A stretch of 64,000 nucleotides of DNA from Nymphaea colorata (lineage: Eukaryota). Position 1 is the stretch's first letter; each line of letters opens with the position of its first letter. Below the pieces are notes generated by a model, which saw nothing but the letters and a program-made list of their open reading frames with translations, was not told the DNA's origin and did no database searches. Shown in pieces: positions 42,150-55,500 of the stretch. The translations under genes were made by a program, and so were the position numbers. The stretch spans positions 10,664,001-10,728,000 of the forward strand of contig NC_045138.2 of assembly GCF_008831285.2 (NCBI RefSeq), read 5' to 3'.

Positions 42150-45100
42150 ATTGTCTTTCTTTCTTTTTTTGCCATAGTAAACCCAAATTTTGAAAGTTGG
42201 TGGAGACTTGATCAGGCGGCAGTTGCATTCAATACTTCCCCTCTTTCTCGAGAGGTATTAGCCCGAGTTCATAATGAATGTTCAACTAAAGAATTATGGG
42301 ATAGACTTGTCAAAACATATTCACAAATTTCAAAGGCTCGACTTTTTCATCATCAACGGGAGTTTCAGAACTTGTCAAAGAAATCAATGTTTTTTATGGA
42401 ATATCTGAATCAAGTGGCATCTATTTCTGATCAGCTGGCTACTATTGGATACGAATTGTCTGAAAAGGACAAAATGCGTAGGACATTGGATGGACTTGGG
42501 CCAAAGTGTCATGTGTTGGTCACTTCATTACAGCGTTTCGTGCAATTCCCTTCCTTTGATGACTTGCAAGCCAAGCTTACAGTATGAGATGACTTTGAAG
42601 GGGTTTTCTAATGAATCAGGCGGACAGATATTGGCCACTATGATCTCTACTGGACAAGGGGAACGATCCGATGGCTTTGGAGCAGGACGCAGGCAAGGCA
42701 AAAGATCCTTTGGAGGGCATGGACTATTGATAACTCCTAACACTGCAGCCACATCATTGTCTAGAAATGTGCCTACCTACTTTGATTGCAACAAACGTGG
42801 TCATATCAAGGTCAACTGCTGGAATAATCCTTAGAATAAAGGAAAATTCAATAAGATAGACAGTTCTTCGGGAAGAAAAGCTAAGGAGAAAGGCAATTCA
42901 AATAGACCTGCACCGGATGTAAAGGATCTATTCTTATCTGCTATTTCAGGATTGGATATAAAGTGTGACGACCAAAAAGTGTAGTCTATAGATTATGGGG
43001 CTGCTGCACATGTTGCAAGTAATGCGAGTCAGTTTTCTAGTGTAATTCTTGTTTTGGAAAAGGTAGTATAATCAAAGGAGATGGATCTCATCATCTCATT
43101 ACTCATTCTAGAAGGGTTTCTATTCCTATGTCTAATTTTATCTTAAGGTTTCTCATGTCCTTTATGCTCCCAGCATTAAGAAAAATTATCTTTGTATCCA
43201 AACTTGTTGATCATTCAAATTCTTTTGTTGAATTCACATCTTCTTCCATCTATATCAAGGAACTTCAAACAAAGATGACGTTCATTAAAGGGAACCACCA
43301 AGGGAACATGTACAACTTTAAGGAGGATCCTACTGTTTATCATGACTTGAAGCTCATTTCTCAGCAATCGTCTAAGAGTCATAATCTTCTTAGTATGGAG
43401 GAATGTAATAAGTCTTTATGGCTTAGTGTCTCATGGTTTTATTCCAAAGTCTAGTTTACAATTTCTTTCAAATGAAAAGTTGTGTTCAATTTGTCAAACT
43501 TGTAAGAGTCATGTTCTTCCTTTTAATTCAATAAATTAAAGAACTTGACGACCTTTTGAGATAGTTTGTTCTGATGTATGCAAGCCAACTTCTGAGATTT
43601 CAAACTCAGACAGCAAGTATTATGTCATCTTCATTGATATTTTCTTGCACTTCACTTGGATTTATTTTTAAAAGATAAATCTAAGGTCTTTCTTGTTTTG
43701 TGTCGTTTTCATGTGTTCATTAAGCCTCATTTTTCTCTTAGTATTCTGCACTTGCAGTGTGATGGTGGAGGAGAGTAGTTTTCCAATGACTTTATTAACT
43801 ATCTTCAAAATAATACAATTAATCGAGGGATATCTTGCTTCTACACACCTCAACAAAATGACATTGCCAAGCGAAAGCATCAACATATTGCCGAAACTGC
43901 TAGGGTATGATCCATGCTAGTGGGCTTCCCATGGGATTGTGGATAGAAGCCTTTCGCTCTACTGTATATGCAATAAATTACCCCCCCATGTCTATTTCAG
44001 GGAATAAGCCCCCTTATTTTTTTCACTTTCATAAGATTTCTGATTACTCTACTTTACGTACTTTTGGATACGTTTATTTATGTTCACATTGACTCCTCTC
44101 AGGAAAACAAGTTCCATCCTAAGGCGCTCAAATGCATATTGGTGGGGTACGTAGATGATTATGAGGGATATAAGTGTTATGATCCTATGAGCAAGAGAAT
44201 TAAAATTTAAAGAAATGTAATCTCTGACGAATACAATTTTGATGACAAAGAAGTCATTATGTGCCTTTGACTCACACATAACTCATTACGATCTTTGGCT
44301 CAGTGTTGGGCTTCTTTCTACTAGTAGTATTAATGATTGCTGTCCATCCATACAGATTCTGAATTTATCACATAAATAATATAACTCTAATACGGATGAT
44401 CCAACACCTACTAATAAGTTCTTTGGGTAGGTACATGTTAGAGGAGATCGAAAAGTTTTTTGCAGCTCCAATGATGATGAACAAAATACTTCTATGGATG
44501 AACATTCCCCTGTAGAGACTATTCTATGTACTAAAAGATTAGAGGGGATTCAACGTCCTATAGATTGACGGGTTAGTTATGACAATTTCAATTTGAACTT
44601 TAATGTGAAACATGATGTTATTTGGTGTTACTAGACACCTTAGAAGTGCAAGACATGATTGTGTTTACTCATGGCATTATGATATGTGTGTTAAAAATGT
44701 AAATGTGAATCCTCCTTACTGTTGGCTATGAGGTTTACTACCTCGCATATAAGATTTTTGTTCAATTGTGGGAGAAATACATTATTGTCTTAAAATAGTA
44801 CAGTAGAAAGCACAAGGTCAATAAATTTGTATAACAATAAAGTGTTTCTATGTGCTAACTTCATTTGAAACATTGTTTTTCTCTTTCCTCCATTTTTGTG
44901 ACTTCCCTATAATTGAACGATCTACGTTAGATTTAAGATTTACATTTTACCAGCCTATCATTGATACCTTTTACTCAGAATCTACTTAGGAAGGTCATCA
45001 GATCAAACTAGATCTAAGGTTATCAACTGTATGTTTCTTGGTAAAGAGGATATGCTTCTTAGAAATAACATTTCACCTTCTATTAAATCAATTAACATAA

Positions 45101-46810
45101 ACAAATTTTCAAATTTTGAAGTTCTTACATGACACCATCACACTCCATTCTAATATCTAATGAATCATTTTGCAAGTTTCCGTGTGTATGTTGGAGTTGC
45201 CCAAGTGCTCAATTTGTGGTAGTAACTTGTATCAATCTTTATTTTGAAGGATAGAATGTGGTCAAAAGCCTAACAAAGATATGATAAAAAAAACACAATG
45301 AAAGAAGGAAGTTGCACTAAACAAAGGGTATTTATATTGATAATTGCATGTCACTTCTTACAAAAGGATTATTACAGTTTTCTTGACTCCCACAAACACA
45401 AGCACTCCATGTTTTCTTGAGGGTGAGACTAAACGAGCTGTTGTACTTCTCTACCAACCCATGCAGGAGAAATACTATCACCTTTCCTCAATTTTTTTGG
45501 TGTAGATGAGAGAAAGAGCTCATCCTTACAAAACCATCTTCTAGATGTGGCCCTCAATTTGGAGGCCTTGCTATTCAATTTGCAGTGTTTATGAATAAGT
45601 TGCATGGACATTTACAATAATGATGGCTAGACCAAGCAATTGTCAGAATTTTGATGTCCCATCCAGGATCTGTACGCACAACATTAGCTTGCAACTTAAA
45701 CATGCACCAAAGCAACAACCCACAGCAACAAAACGGGAGAGAAAAGGAGAGAGAAAGAGATTAGATTGAAAAACAATGGTGAGTATAGAGGTTTAGGCTT
45801 TGCTTTAAGGAGCCCTCTGTAGTCATCAAAAATCACACACATACTGAGTAGACGTTGGGCTTATAAAATAGGCTGCCTTGGATTCCTAGTATGCCAAGTG
45901 GGTTGTAACGCGGACTATACTGGAGACTTATCAACACGAAGGTTGACCACTGGATTTACATTCAATTATTGAAGTGGTGCAATTTCATGGTGCAGCAACA
46001 AACAGCTGACAGTTTCACTATCTACAACAGAAGCAAAATATAGAGCAGCATCTCAAGCAGCACAAGAATGTGTGTGGTTAATGCGACTGCTGAAAGACAT
46101 TAAACAAGATGTGAATTATGCAGTGAGACTCTACTACGATAATAAAAGTGCAATTAGACTTGCAGAGAATCTTGTCTTCCATGCTCGAACGAAACATATG
46201 GAGGTGGAGCATCATTTTATCAGAGATAAAGTACTTAAAGGAGCGATTCAGTTGCAGCCAATCACTTCAGAGATCAAGTTGCTGACATCTTTACTAAAGA
46301 CTTGCCAGTACAAACATTCGCCAAGCTTCGAAGAATGCTAAGAGTTCTGAGTAGAGAGTCGGTAATGAGAGAGATATTGTAAAAAGTCACCACCGACTCT
46401 CTTGGAAGAGTCGAGATGACTCAAGAGGCAACAAGCTTCTTTCTTTTGTAAGGCGGTGCTTATGTAATGATTAAAGGAAAACAAAAATAATATAAAATAA
46501 AAAAATGTAAAAATCGATGGAAGCATCCACCACCGACTTCTTCTCCCCTATAAATAGGGATGATGGGGCATATTGAGTGGTGTGTGAAAAGAAGAGTGAG
46601 TTGGGTTGAGTCTCCTTTGAGCTAAAGTTTGTGTGCTCACTTTGTGAGCTGGTGTGTGAGAGTTTTTAGTGTATGCTCAAGTGCAAGAGCGTCGGGCTTG
46701 GAAGTGCTTGGGTGTGGAAGTTCACTACATGAGCTTAGGTGAGTTTTCTTAAGTCCTTTTCTGTAATGTTCATTTTGATGAATAAAGCAGTTTACATTTT
46801 GAGATTATCA
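42150..46810 (+). mobile_element. Ty1/copia retrotransposon remnant (gag, protease, integrase, RNase H, 3' LTR; RT missing)
   Basis: STKELWDRL...SKARL gag, CNKRGHIKVNCW knuckle, IDYGAAAHV protease, integrase motifs with frameshifts, RNase H STTEAKYRAAS...DNKSAIRLAENLVFHARTKHMEVEHHFIRDKV, LTR ~46378-46810 with TATAAATA. Confidence 0.9.
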
Positions 46811-48549
46811 ACTACTGGGCTTTAGCGCTTTTTTATGAGCTATTTTCGTTTGGTTATTAAGTTCTTATCAAGCATACTTTATCAAGTTTATTATTGGGAA
46901 TTATTTTGGTTATTAAGTCCGGTTTTTTCTCTGCATACATTCGGGTTTGGATCTAAGTTACATTTAGGGCCCACACTTGTTTTCTTACACTTCTTTCATT
47001 CACTCAATAACATTTTGTACAATTGTGGTTCTCAGTTGTCCAGCAAGGGTCAAGGTGGAAACCTTATTTAGGTGTCCTTAATACATTACTGTACAAGTTA
47101 ACGTAAATACAAGTATACAGTCGAAAAGTTTGCATAAAAAAAGGGAATCACATGTTAATATTTTGTAAAATTTGACATCTTATTGTGTTATTCTGTTGAC
47201 ATGTTATATGTTTTATTTCATGACAATGAATTTGTGATGTTTTGGAATGTAATCTTTGGATCGTCTTATATTACGACCCACCAAGAGAGAGAAAGAGAAA
47301 ACAGAGAGTCCCTACAAGGGTAGCCCCAATCCATCCTTGATTCAGACATGACCCCCATATCTATATATATATATAAAAAAAAGAGAGAGAGAGACAGACA
47401 GACAGACAGAGAGACCCTGACCAATTATCAATGGTTTTAGCAGAGAGAGAGTTTTTCTCAGCCCAACCTGACCAATTATTTATTGGTCCAGGCTAGGCCT
47501 ACTGAATTTGGGCCCATTGATGCGTCCTGTGCCAGGCCCAATGCCCACCCTTAATTGCAAGAAATTCACTATCATTCTACCCAATGGTTGACATTGTTTC
47601 CCACCTTGCCAATTTTGGGAAATGAACATAGAAGAAATAGATTCTTATTGGGATGAAGGACAATGAAATAAACCCGTAGACCAAATGTAACTTTGAAAAT
47701 GCATCATGCAACTATCTACTTTATATCATCATAAAAGAACACGTTACTCTTCATAATGGATACTAAGCCATATATCTCTTGACAACCAAAATTCTTCAAC
47801 TTTGTCATCTTTGGCCTATGCAAATGATTGTACAAATGGACAAGGATAATCCACACCCCAAGCACATTCAACTATAACATCTACGTCCTCTATGTATTAT
47901 AATAACGTGCATGGATTTGATAGGGTATATTTTCCTTGAAGGGATGGTGGCCAAAGAAGAGTAAGATGCCTATTCCCGATTATATGTTTCTTCAAGAGGC
48001 ACACAAGTGCACATACAATACTTCAATCAAAGCACTTATATCTTCAGGACAGATGCAGAGTCACAATGCATTGGCTCTACTCGTTACTCATTAGCATGAA
48101 AAGTTCCATGCATTTGTAGTATGCACCATAGTCTACATCGCTTAGAGTCAGGCTACCATGTAATGTGAGACTCATTCTACACGTCTTTCAAGGTAATTAA
48201 GATTTTAAAAATCATGAAACTACAGAACGCTTGAGCTAGAGTTCCATCTCATTATAAATGCACCGCAAATAGGAGTTTATTAGCGCTCCTATAAAGGATA
48301 CACTAACTCGATCCCTTGTAGTCAAGACTATTAAAAAGATTGTAATTAACTGTATCGGCTTAGCTACATTGACTACTCATGCTTGTCTTTTCGTTCTTTA
48401 CACCATTTGTAGAAATATTGTATACCACTCAACTTGAGGTGGAGGCCTTCCCCCAGATTTTGAAAATATAAATTTTACTTGTTTAAATTTTTGAAAATTT
48501 CATTTCATCTCCTGCAAGAATTTTTTAAATATATATTGGTCCCTGTGAC

Positions 48550-49320
48550 AGTCTTCTCAACTATTCCATTCCTCTTCTCTTCTCGGTTTTTTCTCCCCTT
48601 TTTTCAATGTTCTTCATTTTTTCACTTCTTACTTCTTATCTTCTTTTTTCTCTGTTGTTCTTTTTTCTTTTTGTATTTATCTTCACTTCTCTTTTCTTCT
48701 CCATTATTTTTCTCTTTGTTCATCTATTCCACTTCTATAAACTATTCTCTTACATATAGCTTCTTAATTCCTTTTATATCTATTGTTTCTCTTTCTTTTA
48801 TTTATTTTTTCCTTCTATTTTCCTTTTGTCTAATATTTCATCCTTTTCCAATAAATGATCTGCGAGGGAGTTAGGCTCCCCAAATATTTCATCCTTTTCT
48901 TTCTCGTTTCTTCCTTATTTTTCCCTTTTTTTTCTACTTTCTCTTCACTTTCCTTCTCTTCCCTTTAACTCATCTTCCTTCTTTATCTATACTTCTTTCA
49001 ATCATTTTCTCTTCCTTTCTCTTTCCTTCATTTTCTTCTTCCTCTACTCGCAGGTTGTTTATCCCCTTCTCTCAACTCTTTTTCTCTTTTCTTTGTCTTC
49101 TTCTCTTTTCATGTTTGCTCTTTGCTCTCCTTCATTATTCTTGTTATTTATTTCACAATGCCTGTTGCCTCTTTATATCCCATTCCTTTTTTTCTGCTTC
49201 ACCTTCAATTTCAATATCTTCTCTCTTCTTTTCTCTCACCTCTCCCTCTATTATCTTTAATTTTCATCTTTTCATCACCTCCATTTACCTCCTTTCTTTT
49301 TTGTTCTCTCTTATTTCCTT
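48550..49320 (+). repeat. Low-complexity pyrimidine-rich tract
   Basis: Strong T/C strand bias over ~770 bp; the F/L/S-rich ORFs are artefacts. Confidence 0.8.
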
Positions 49321-50005
49321 GAGCATGTTGCTAACTTGCGTGCCCTCAAAAGAAATGCCAGCTTGGAATTGACAATAGTTGCTTTCTTATCCTTTATTGT
49401 TTTTAGCTTCTCTAATGATCAAATTGTCACACTTATGCATAGAGTACCTCATATTCAGCCAGCACATCACGTTCTTAAATAACTTAGTTGTCACTTACAC
49501 CTGACCTCAAGAACAACACCCTTTTTTTGGTGTTTGGTTCACCCTTTTGGCATGAGAAGAAATGAAGATTCATGATGAAGAGATTTTTTTTTTTTTTTTT
49601 GCTTTCATTTTGAGCAATCTTTATGCCTTGTCATCTCTCTTTAGCATTAAACTACTGCTGCAAGAATATTTGTCAGACGAGGCACTGCAACACAGGCCAT
49701 TTTGGTGCTTGGTGATGCAGACACTTCCTAAGTAGTTCCTCCTCCTCTTCATGTTTCATGAAAAAATAACAACCCCTCGTGATGCTCCCCAAGATTGGTG
49801 ATGCTACACCTTAACTAGTTGGCCTTACCAACATTCTGAAGTATTATTTGTGAAGAGACCTCTGCTATAATTGATCCCAAATCCAATGACTTTTCCAGCT
49901 ATGTTTGACTTTATCACCACAAACAAGATTGGAGACTGTGTTCCCGAAGTTATTTAATGAAATTGTGGAAAACTTTCTCTAGGAATTCTTCAAGGTGCTT
50001 ATAGG

Positions 50006-50255
50006 TAAGGGTGGCATGGGGATGGAGACCTGTCGGGCTTTTGGGCCGGCCCTGGCCCGTGACGAAATCTGGCTGAGGCCTGGCCTAATAATTTTTTTTA
50101 TTTTTTATTATATTTATATATTCAAATATTTTATGTATAAATATATACATATATATTGTATGTATATATTTTTTTTAAGTAAACCAGGCTGGGCCGCCAA
50201 ATTGAGTCGCGGGCGGGGCCGACTCCGAATCAGCCTAGCCCGATGCCCACCCCTA
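50006..50255. mobile_element. hAT MITE (GGGCCG-arm family)
   Basis: taagggtggca ... tgcccaccccta; TSD cttatagg/cctatagg matches 7 of 8. Confidence 0.85.
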
Positions 50256-50868
50256 CCTATAGGATCTTTGCATGATAAACAATAAAAGGATAACAGCATT
50301 TGAGTGGGACTTACTTTGATCTCTAAAGAAAATAGAATTATTTAACACATTTCAATAATAAACTAATATCAGTTATTTATGTAAGAAAATTAAAATACGA
50401 AATTTATTATTTGAATAATTGTTGTTTTATATGCAATGTGTTGATGACTTGCTCCAACACTAGTGATAACATTACCAATTAACATGATTAATTTAATGTA
50501 CTCATACTAGTGATTTACAAAAATAAATTAAATATTAGTTAGTGATTTATTATTGTGATATTAAAGTATTTATCAATCATTTACCCCAACAATAGCAATT
50601 TAATCAAATAAGTGATATCTGTACGTAAATGCAATTGATTAGGGATAAAAGTGGCTATTTACTTCAATTGTAACACTACTAATTAACATGATTTATTATA
50701 TACAGTAACATTAATTATTTATGTAAGCAAATGAATTGTGCTAGTGATTTACTATGGTGATAGTGTAACTAACTTGCATTAGTCCATGTGGTGTATTAAT
50801 GATGAGACTAGTTATCTACCTTACATCGATTTTCGTCATAAAGGAAACCTAATATTTGATAACAAAAC

Positions 50869-51292
50869 TAAGGGTGGGCATCGGGCCGGCCCGGCCCGAT
50901 AAAGAACCGTCGGGAACCGCCCGATGGGCCGCTGGGTCGGGCCCGGGTCCGGCCCGGATATTTAACGGGTCGGGCCGGGCCGGGCCCGGATATATGAAAC
51001 CTGAGCCCGGGCCCGGCCCGGTTATAATAAAATAATATTATTTTTAATTTATAAAATATTTTTTAAAAAATAAATAGTATTTATTAGTGATAAATATATA
51101 ATATTAAAATTAAAAAATTAAAAAAAATATATATTTTAATTTTTAACGGGCCGGGCCGGGGCTGACCCGGGCCGGCATATCAGGCCCGAACCCGGCCCGT
51201 TAACAGTTTTTCCCGGGCCGGGCCCGGGCCCGGGCCCGAGGCGGGCCGGGTACCGGGTACCCGGCGGTGGCCCGGCCCTGTGCCCACCCTTA
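50869..51292. mobile_element. Intact hAT MITE, 424 bp
   Basis: Perfect 12-bp TIR TAAGGGTGGGCA/TGCCCACCCTTA; perfect 8-bp TSD AACAAAAC (50861-50868, 51293-51300); GC-rich arms, AT-rich core. Confidence 0.95.
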
Positions 51293-51706
51293 AACAAAAC
51301 TAAATTGCTATAAGTAATTTTACGCAAAAAAAAAAAGTGACAAACACCAACAATGTTTTCAAAATATTCATCAATTTACTTCCATGCCATGAACACCCCC
51401 ACCTCATGTGAGCTCCTTTGGCTATCACAATAATCACAACAGTGATGTACTTACACGTGACAGTGAACTTAAAAAACTAACAATGGTTTACTATAAAGTA
51501 ACTGTGTCCTTCAAAAACACATGCAACCATAAAGAGGCATTTGCTTAGTGTCCCAAGCCACTAAAAATACTATGTTCAGTCTAGTCGAATCTGATGCAAA
51601 TGATGGACATGGAATGCATGGAATGGGCGGACTTGGAGGACCCTCATATAAAAGGGTCCATTAAGTATTGTTCTGTTGTTTACCGTGAAACAAAAGGCAT
51701 GGAACT

Positions 51707-51915
51707 TGGGCTGGGCATCAGGCCAGACCGGCCCAGTGGGTTCATTTTCATGTTTAAGACCTGGCCCGTCAATAATCGGGCTGAGTTGGGCCCAAGGCCT
51801 ATCAGGTACTAGGCGTCATGACTTGCCCAATTCCCAGCCAGACCCGACCATGAACATCAAAAATCAGGCGGGGCTGGGTGGGTGTATACCAGGCCTAATA
51901 CCTGATAGGCCTGAA
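51707..51915. mobile_element. Degenerate copy of the GGGCCG-arm MITE
   Basis: gggctgggcatcaggccagaccggccc resembles the 50869 left arm. Confidence 0.5.
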
Positions 51916-52580
51916 AAAATGCACCATATTAAATCTTGAAGATAATCTTTCGCATCACTGAAAGAAGAACCGTCTAAACAAAATTTTCATCTCTTTGTTG
52001 ATTAACAATCAAGAAGCAGCGACCGTGCCAACTAAATTAGGCTTCCACATAGCCGTTGGACACGATAACATCAAAAATAAAATATGTGCAGTTTGTGGTG
52101 TTTGCATCCCACATCTCCCAAATATTGGTGTTCTTGTACAAATAAATAATCAATGCTCAAATTTACATAAGATATTCAACAAATGCTGAAAAAATGAAAT
52201 TATGTCAGTGAAAACAAAGTACACAACACAAGGAATGAAGTTCAGATGTATTGCAGGCAAAACATTAAAGATTTAAAAGGTTCACCATCCACTAAAGTCA
52301 TTATTTGGAACAAAACTGGAACAATGACATGGAACACATAAATTCTTCTACAAAAATAAAAATAGTTTTACATAGTGTCATACTACAAGCTCAAAGTACT
52401 TGCGTATATATCGGAATATGTAGGTTTAACATTGTAAAAATAAGTACATGCACCAAGAAAACCCCATATACAAATCAAAAGTTCATGTAAATGACTAAAT
52501 ATGAAGATGCCATGCATGGGCCTCAAATCCTAGAAAACACATGGCCTAGCTGAAAATAGATAAATTAAAACGATCCATAC

Positions 52581-55500
52581 AGCTATTATTCCTTTTCGGG
52601 CCTCTTGTAATTTATCATTTGCAATCCGCTCTTTGGCTAAAAGGGTGGTATTCATATGATCCAAGGGGAAATGCAGGCATCACGCAGCGCGGCCCGATAC
52701 AAGCCTGCGTCCTTGCCTGATGGGCTGGCCCAGATCGGCCCAACGGAAGCCCGACCCGGTCCAATAACACTTAAATATTTTTAATATATTTTATATTTAA
52801 AAAAATTATTTTATGTTTGTAAAAAAGTTTATTTTATATTTATAAAAAAACTTATTGTAACCGAGCGAGGCCAAGTAAGAGCCGAGTCCGGGCTGACCCG
52901 ACATCTGAAAGTAGGGCTTGGGCCCGAGCCCGATACCCAAAACTCGGGCCTGGGCTTGGTCCGACCCCGATCGGTTATAATAATTTTTTCTTTAAATATA
53001 AAATAATTTTTCTGCCCTGATCGGTAGTTGAGCATAGAATAATTCAGGATAATGAAGAGAAGTATGACAAAATATCTAAGCATAATAACAGTATGCGAAA
53101 GAAAAGGAGAACGATCCATGCGGCCATTATTTCTTTTCGGTTCTCTTGTAATTCATCATTTGCAATTTTTTTTCAGCTAAGAGGGAGGTATTCAGTTGAT
53201 CCAAGTCATCCACCTCAGTTTCTTTTTCTTTCAGCATGGTCCTTATGGACTCCATTTTGTCTCTAATATGCTCCATCATTTGTATTTTTCCTTTCAACTT
53301 TTCTATCTCTACAACCAAATTCTGCTCCAGCCTCTTTTGCATATCAAGAACCTTCCTATGTGATTCATCTTTCTCTCTCTGTACATTTAATAAGTATTAT
53401 TTAGCCCATACTCAATTTTTGTATGACAAGCAATAAATTTTGTCAAACTAAACTACACATTGAAAATTTTCATAGAGAGAAGCTTTCATAGACCTTATGA
53501 TTCTCATATAACTTCATTAAATTTTCATCAGTGTTCTTCTACTCCATACTGGCTGCTTGAAAATTAGCATATGTGGCAACAAAATAGAAATATAGAAATT
53601 TAACATAGTAAGCTAACGTGTACACATTTTAAAAGACAACTCATATGCACTTATATAGTACGAAGAAAGACATGTCATAAAAAGTTGAAAATTCATATAC
53701 TCTTTAAAAAACAGCTAGGCATCACTAGACATTGGGAAATGCAGGCATCATGCAGCCCTGCCCGATACAGGCCTGGGTCCGGGCCTGATGGGCCGGCATG
53801 GATCGGCTTGACGGGGGCCCGCTTTGGTCCAATAACACTTAAATATTTTTAATATATTTTATATTTAAAAAATTATTTTATGTTTATAAAAAAGGTTCTC
53901 TTATATTTATAAAAAAAATTATTGTAACCGAGCGAAGACCGGTAAGAGCCGGGTAAGAATTGAGTCTGGGCTGCCCCGACCCAGTGAGAACTGTGTCTGA
54001 ACTGGCCCGACGTCTGAAAGTCAGGCCTGGGCCTGAGCCCGATAACGGAAACCCAGGCCTAGGCTTGTCCCGACCCTAATCGGTTATAATAATTTTTTTT
54101 AAATATAAAATAATTTTTCTACCCTCATCGGTAGTAGAGCATAGAATAATATAGGATAATGAAGACAAGTGCGATGTATCAAAATATTTAAGCATAATAA
54201 CAGTATGCGAAAGAAAAGGAAAACGATTCTTTTCGGACCTCTTGCAATTCATCATTTGCAATCTACTGTTTGGTTAAGAGGGTGGTATTCATTTGATCCA
54301 AGTCATCCAACTCAATTTCTTTTTCCTTTAGTGTGGTCCTCATGGACTCCATTTTGTCTCTAGTATGCTCCATCATTTGTAATTTTCCTTTCAACTTCTC
54401 TATCTCTACCTCCAAATTCTACTTGTCCTCCAGCATCTTTTGCATATCAAGAATCTTCTTGTGCGCTTCCTCTTTCTCTCTCTGTACATTTACTAAGCAT
54501 CATTTAGCTCATAATCAATTTTTGTATGACAAGTAATAAATTTTGCTAAACTAAACAACACATCGAAATTTTTCAAAGAGAGAAGCTTTCATAGACTATA
54601 TGATCCTCATATAGCTTCATTAAATTTTCGTCAGTCTTCTTCTGCTCCATACTGGCTGCTTGAAGATTGGCATCTATGGCAGCATACTAGAAATATAGAA
54701 ATTTAACATAATAAGCTAACATGTACACATTTTAGGAGACAACTCATCCATTATACACATATACAGTACGAAGAAAGGACAAGTCATAAAACATGAAATT
54801 CAGATACGCCTTAAGAAACAGCTAGGCATCACTAGACATTGGGAAGTGTAGGCATCATGCAGCCCTGCCCGATACAGGCTTGGGTTTGGGCCTGATGGGG
54901 GCCCAACCAGGTCCAATAACACTTAAATATTTTTAATATATTTTATATTTAAAAAATCATTTTATGTTTATAAAAAGTTCATTGTATATTTATAAAAAAA
55001 AATTATTGTAACTGAGCGAGGCCCCATAAGAGCCGGGTGAGAACCGAGTCTGGGCTGGCCCGACCCAATTAGAACCGGGTCCGGGCTGGCCCGACGTTCG
55101 AAAGTTGGGCCTGGGCCCTAGCCCGATACCCGAAACCTAGGCCTGGGCTTGGCTCAGCCCTGATTGGTTATAATAATTTTTTTTTAAAATATAAAATAAT
55201 TTTTCCATGTTGATCGGAAGTTGAGCATAGAATAATATAGGATAATGAAGAGATGTGTGATGTATCAAAATATCTAAGCATAATAACAGCATGCGAAAGA
55301 AAAGGAGAACGATCCATACGGCTCTTATTTCTTTTCAGGCTAATTGTAATTCATCATTTGCAATATGCTCTTTGGTTTGGCTAAGAGGGTGGTACTCAGT
55401 TGATCTAAGTCATCCAGCTATGCTTCTTTTTCCTTTAGCATGGTCCTCGTGGATTCTATTTTGTCTCTAATATGCTCCATTATTTGTATTTTTCCTTTCA

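Noticed and set aside
47640..48300. Possible plant mobile domain remnant on the minus strand (HITW*P, YMA*Y)
   Set aside because: Only two weak motifs; needs an HMM search
48479..49372. Hydrophobic F/L/S-rich ORFs as membrane proteins
   Set aside because: By-product of pyrimidine-rich low complexity
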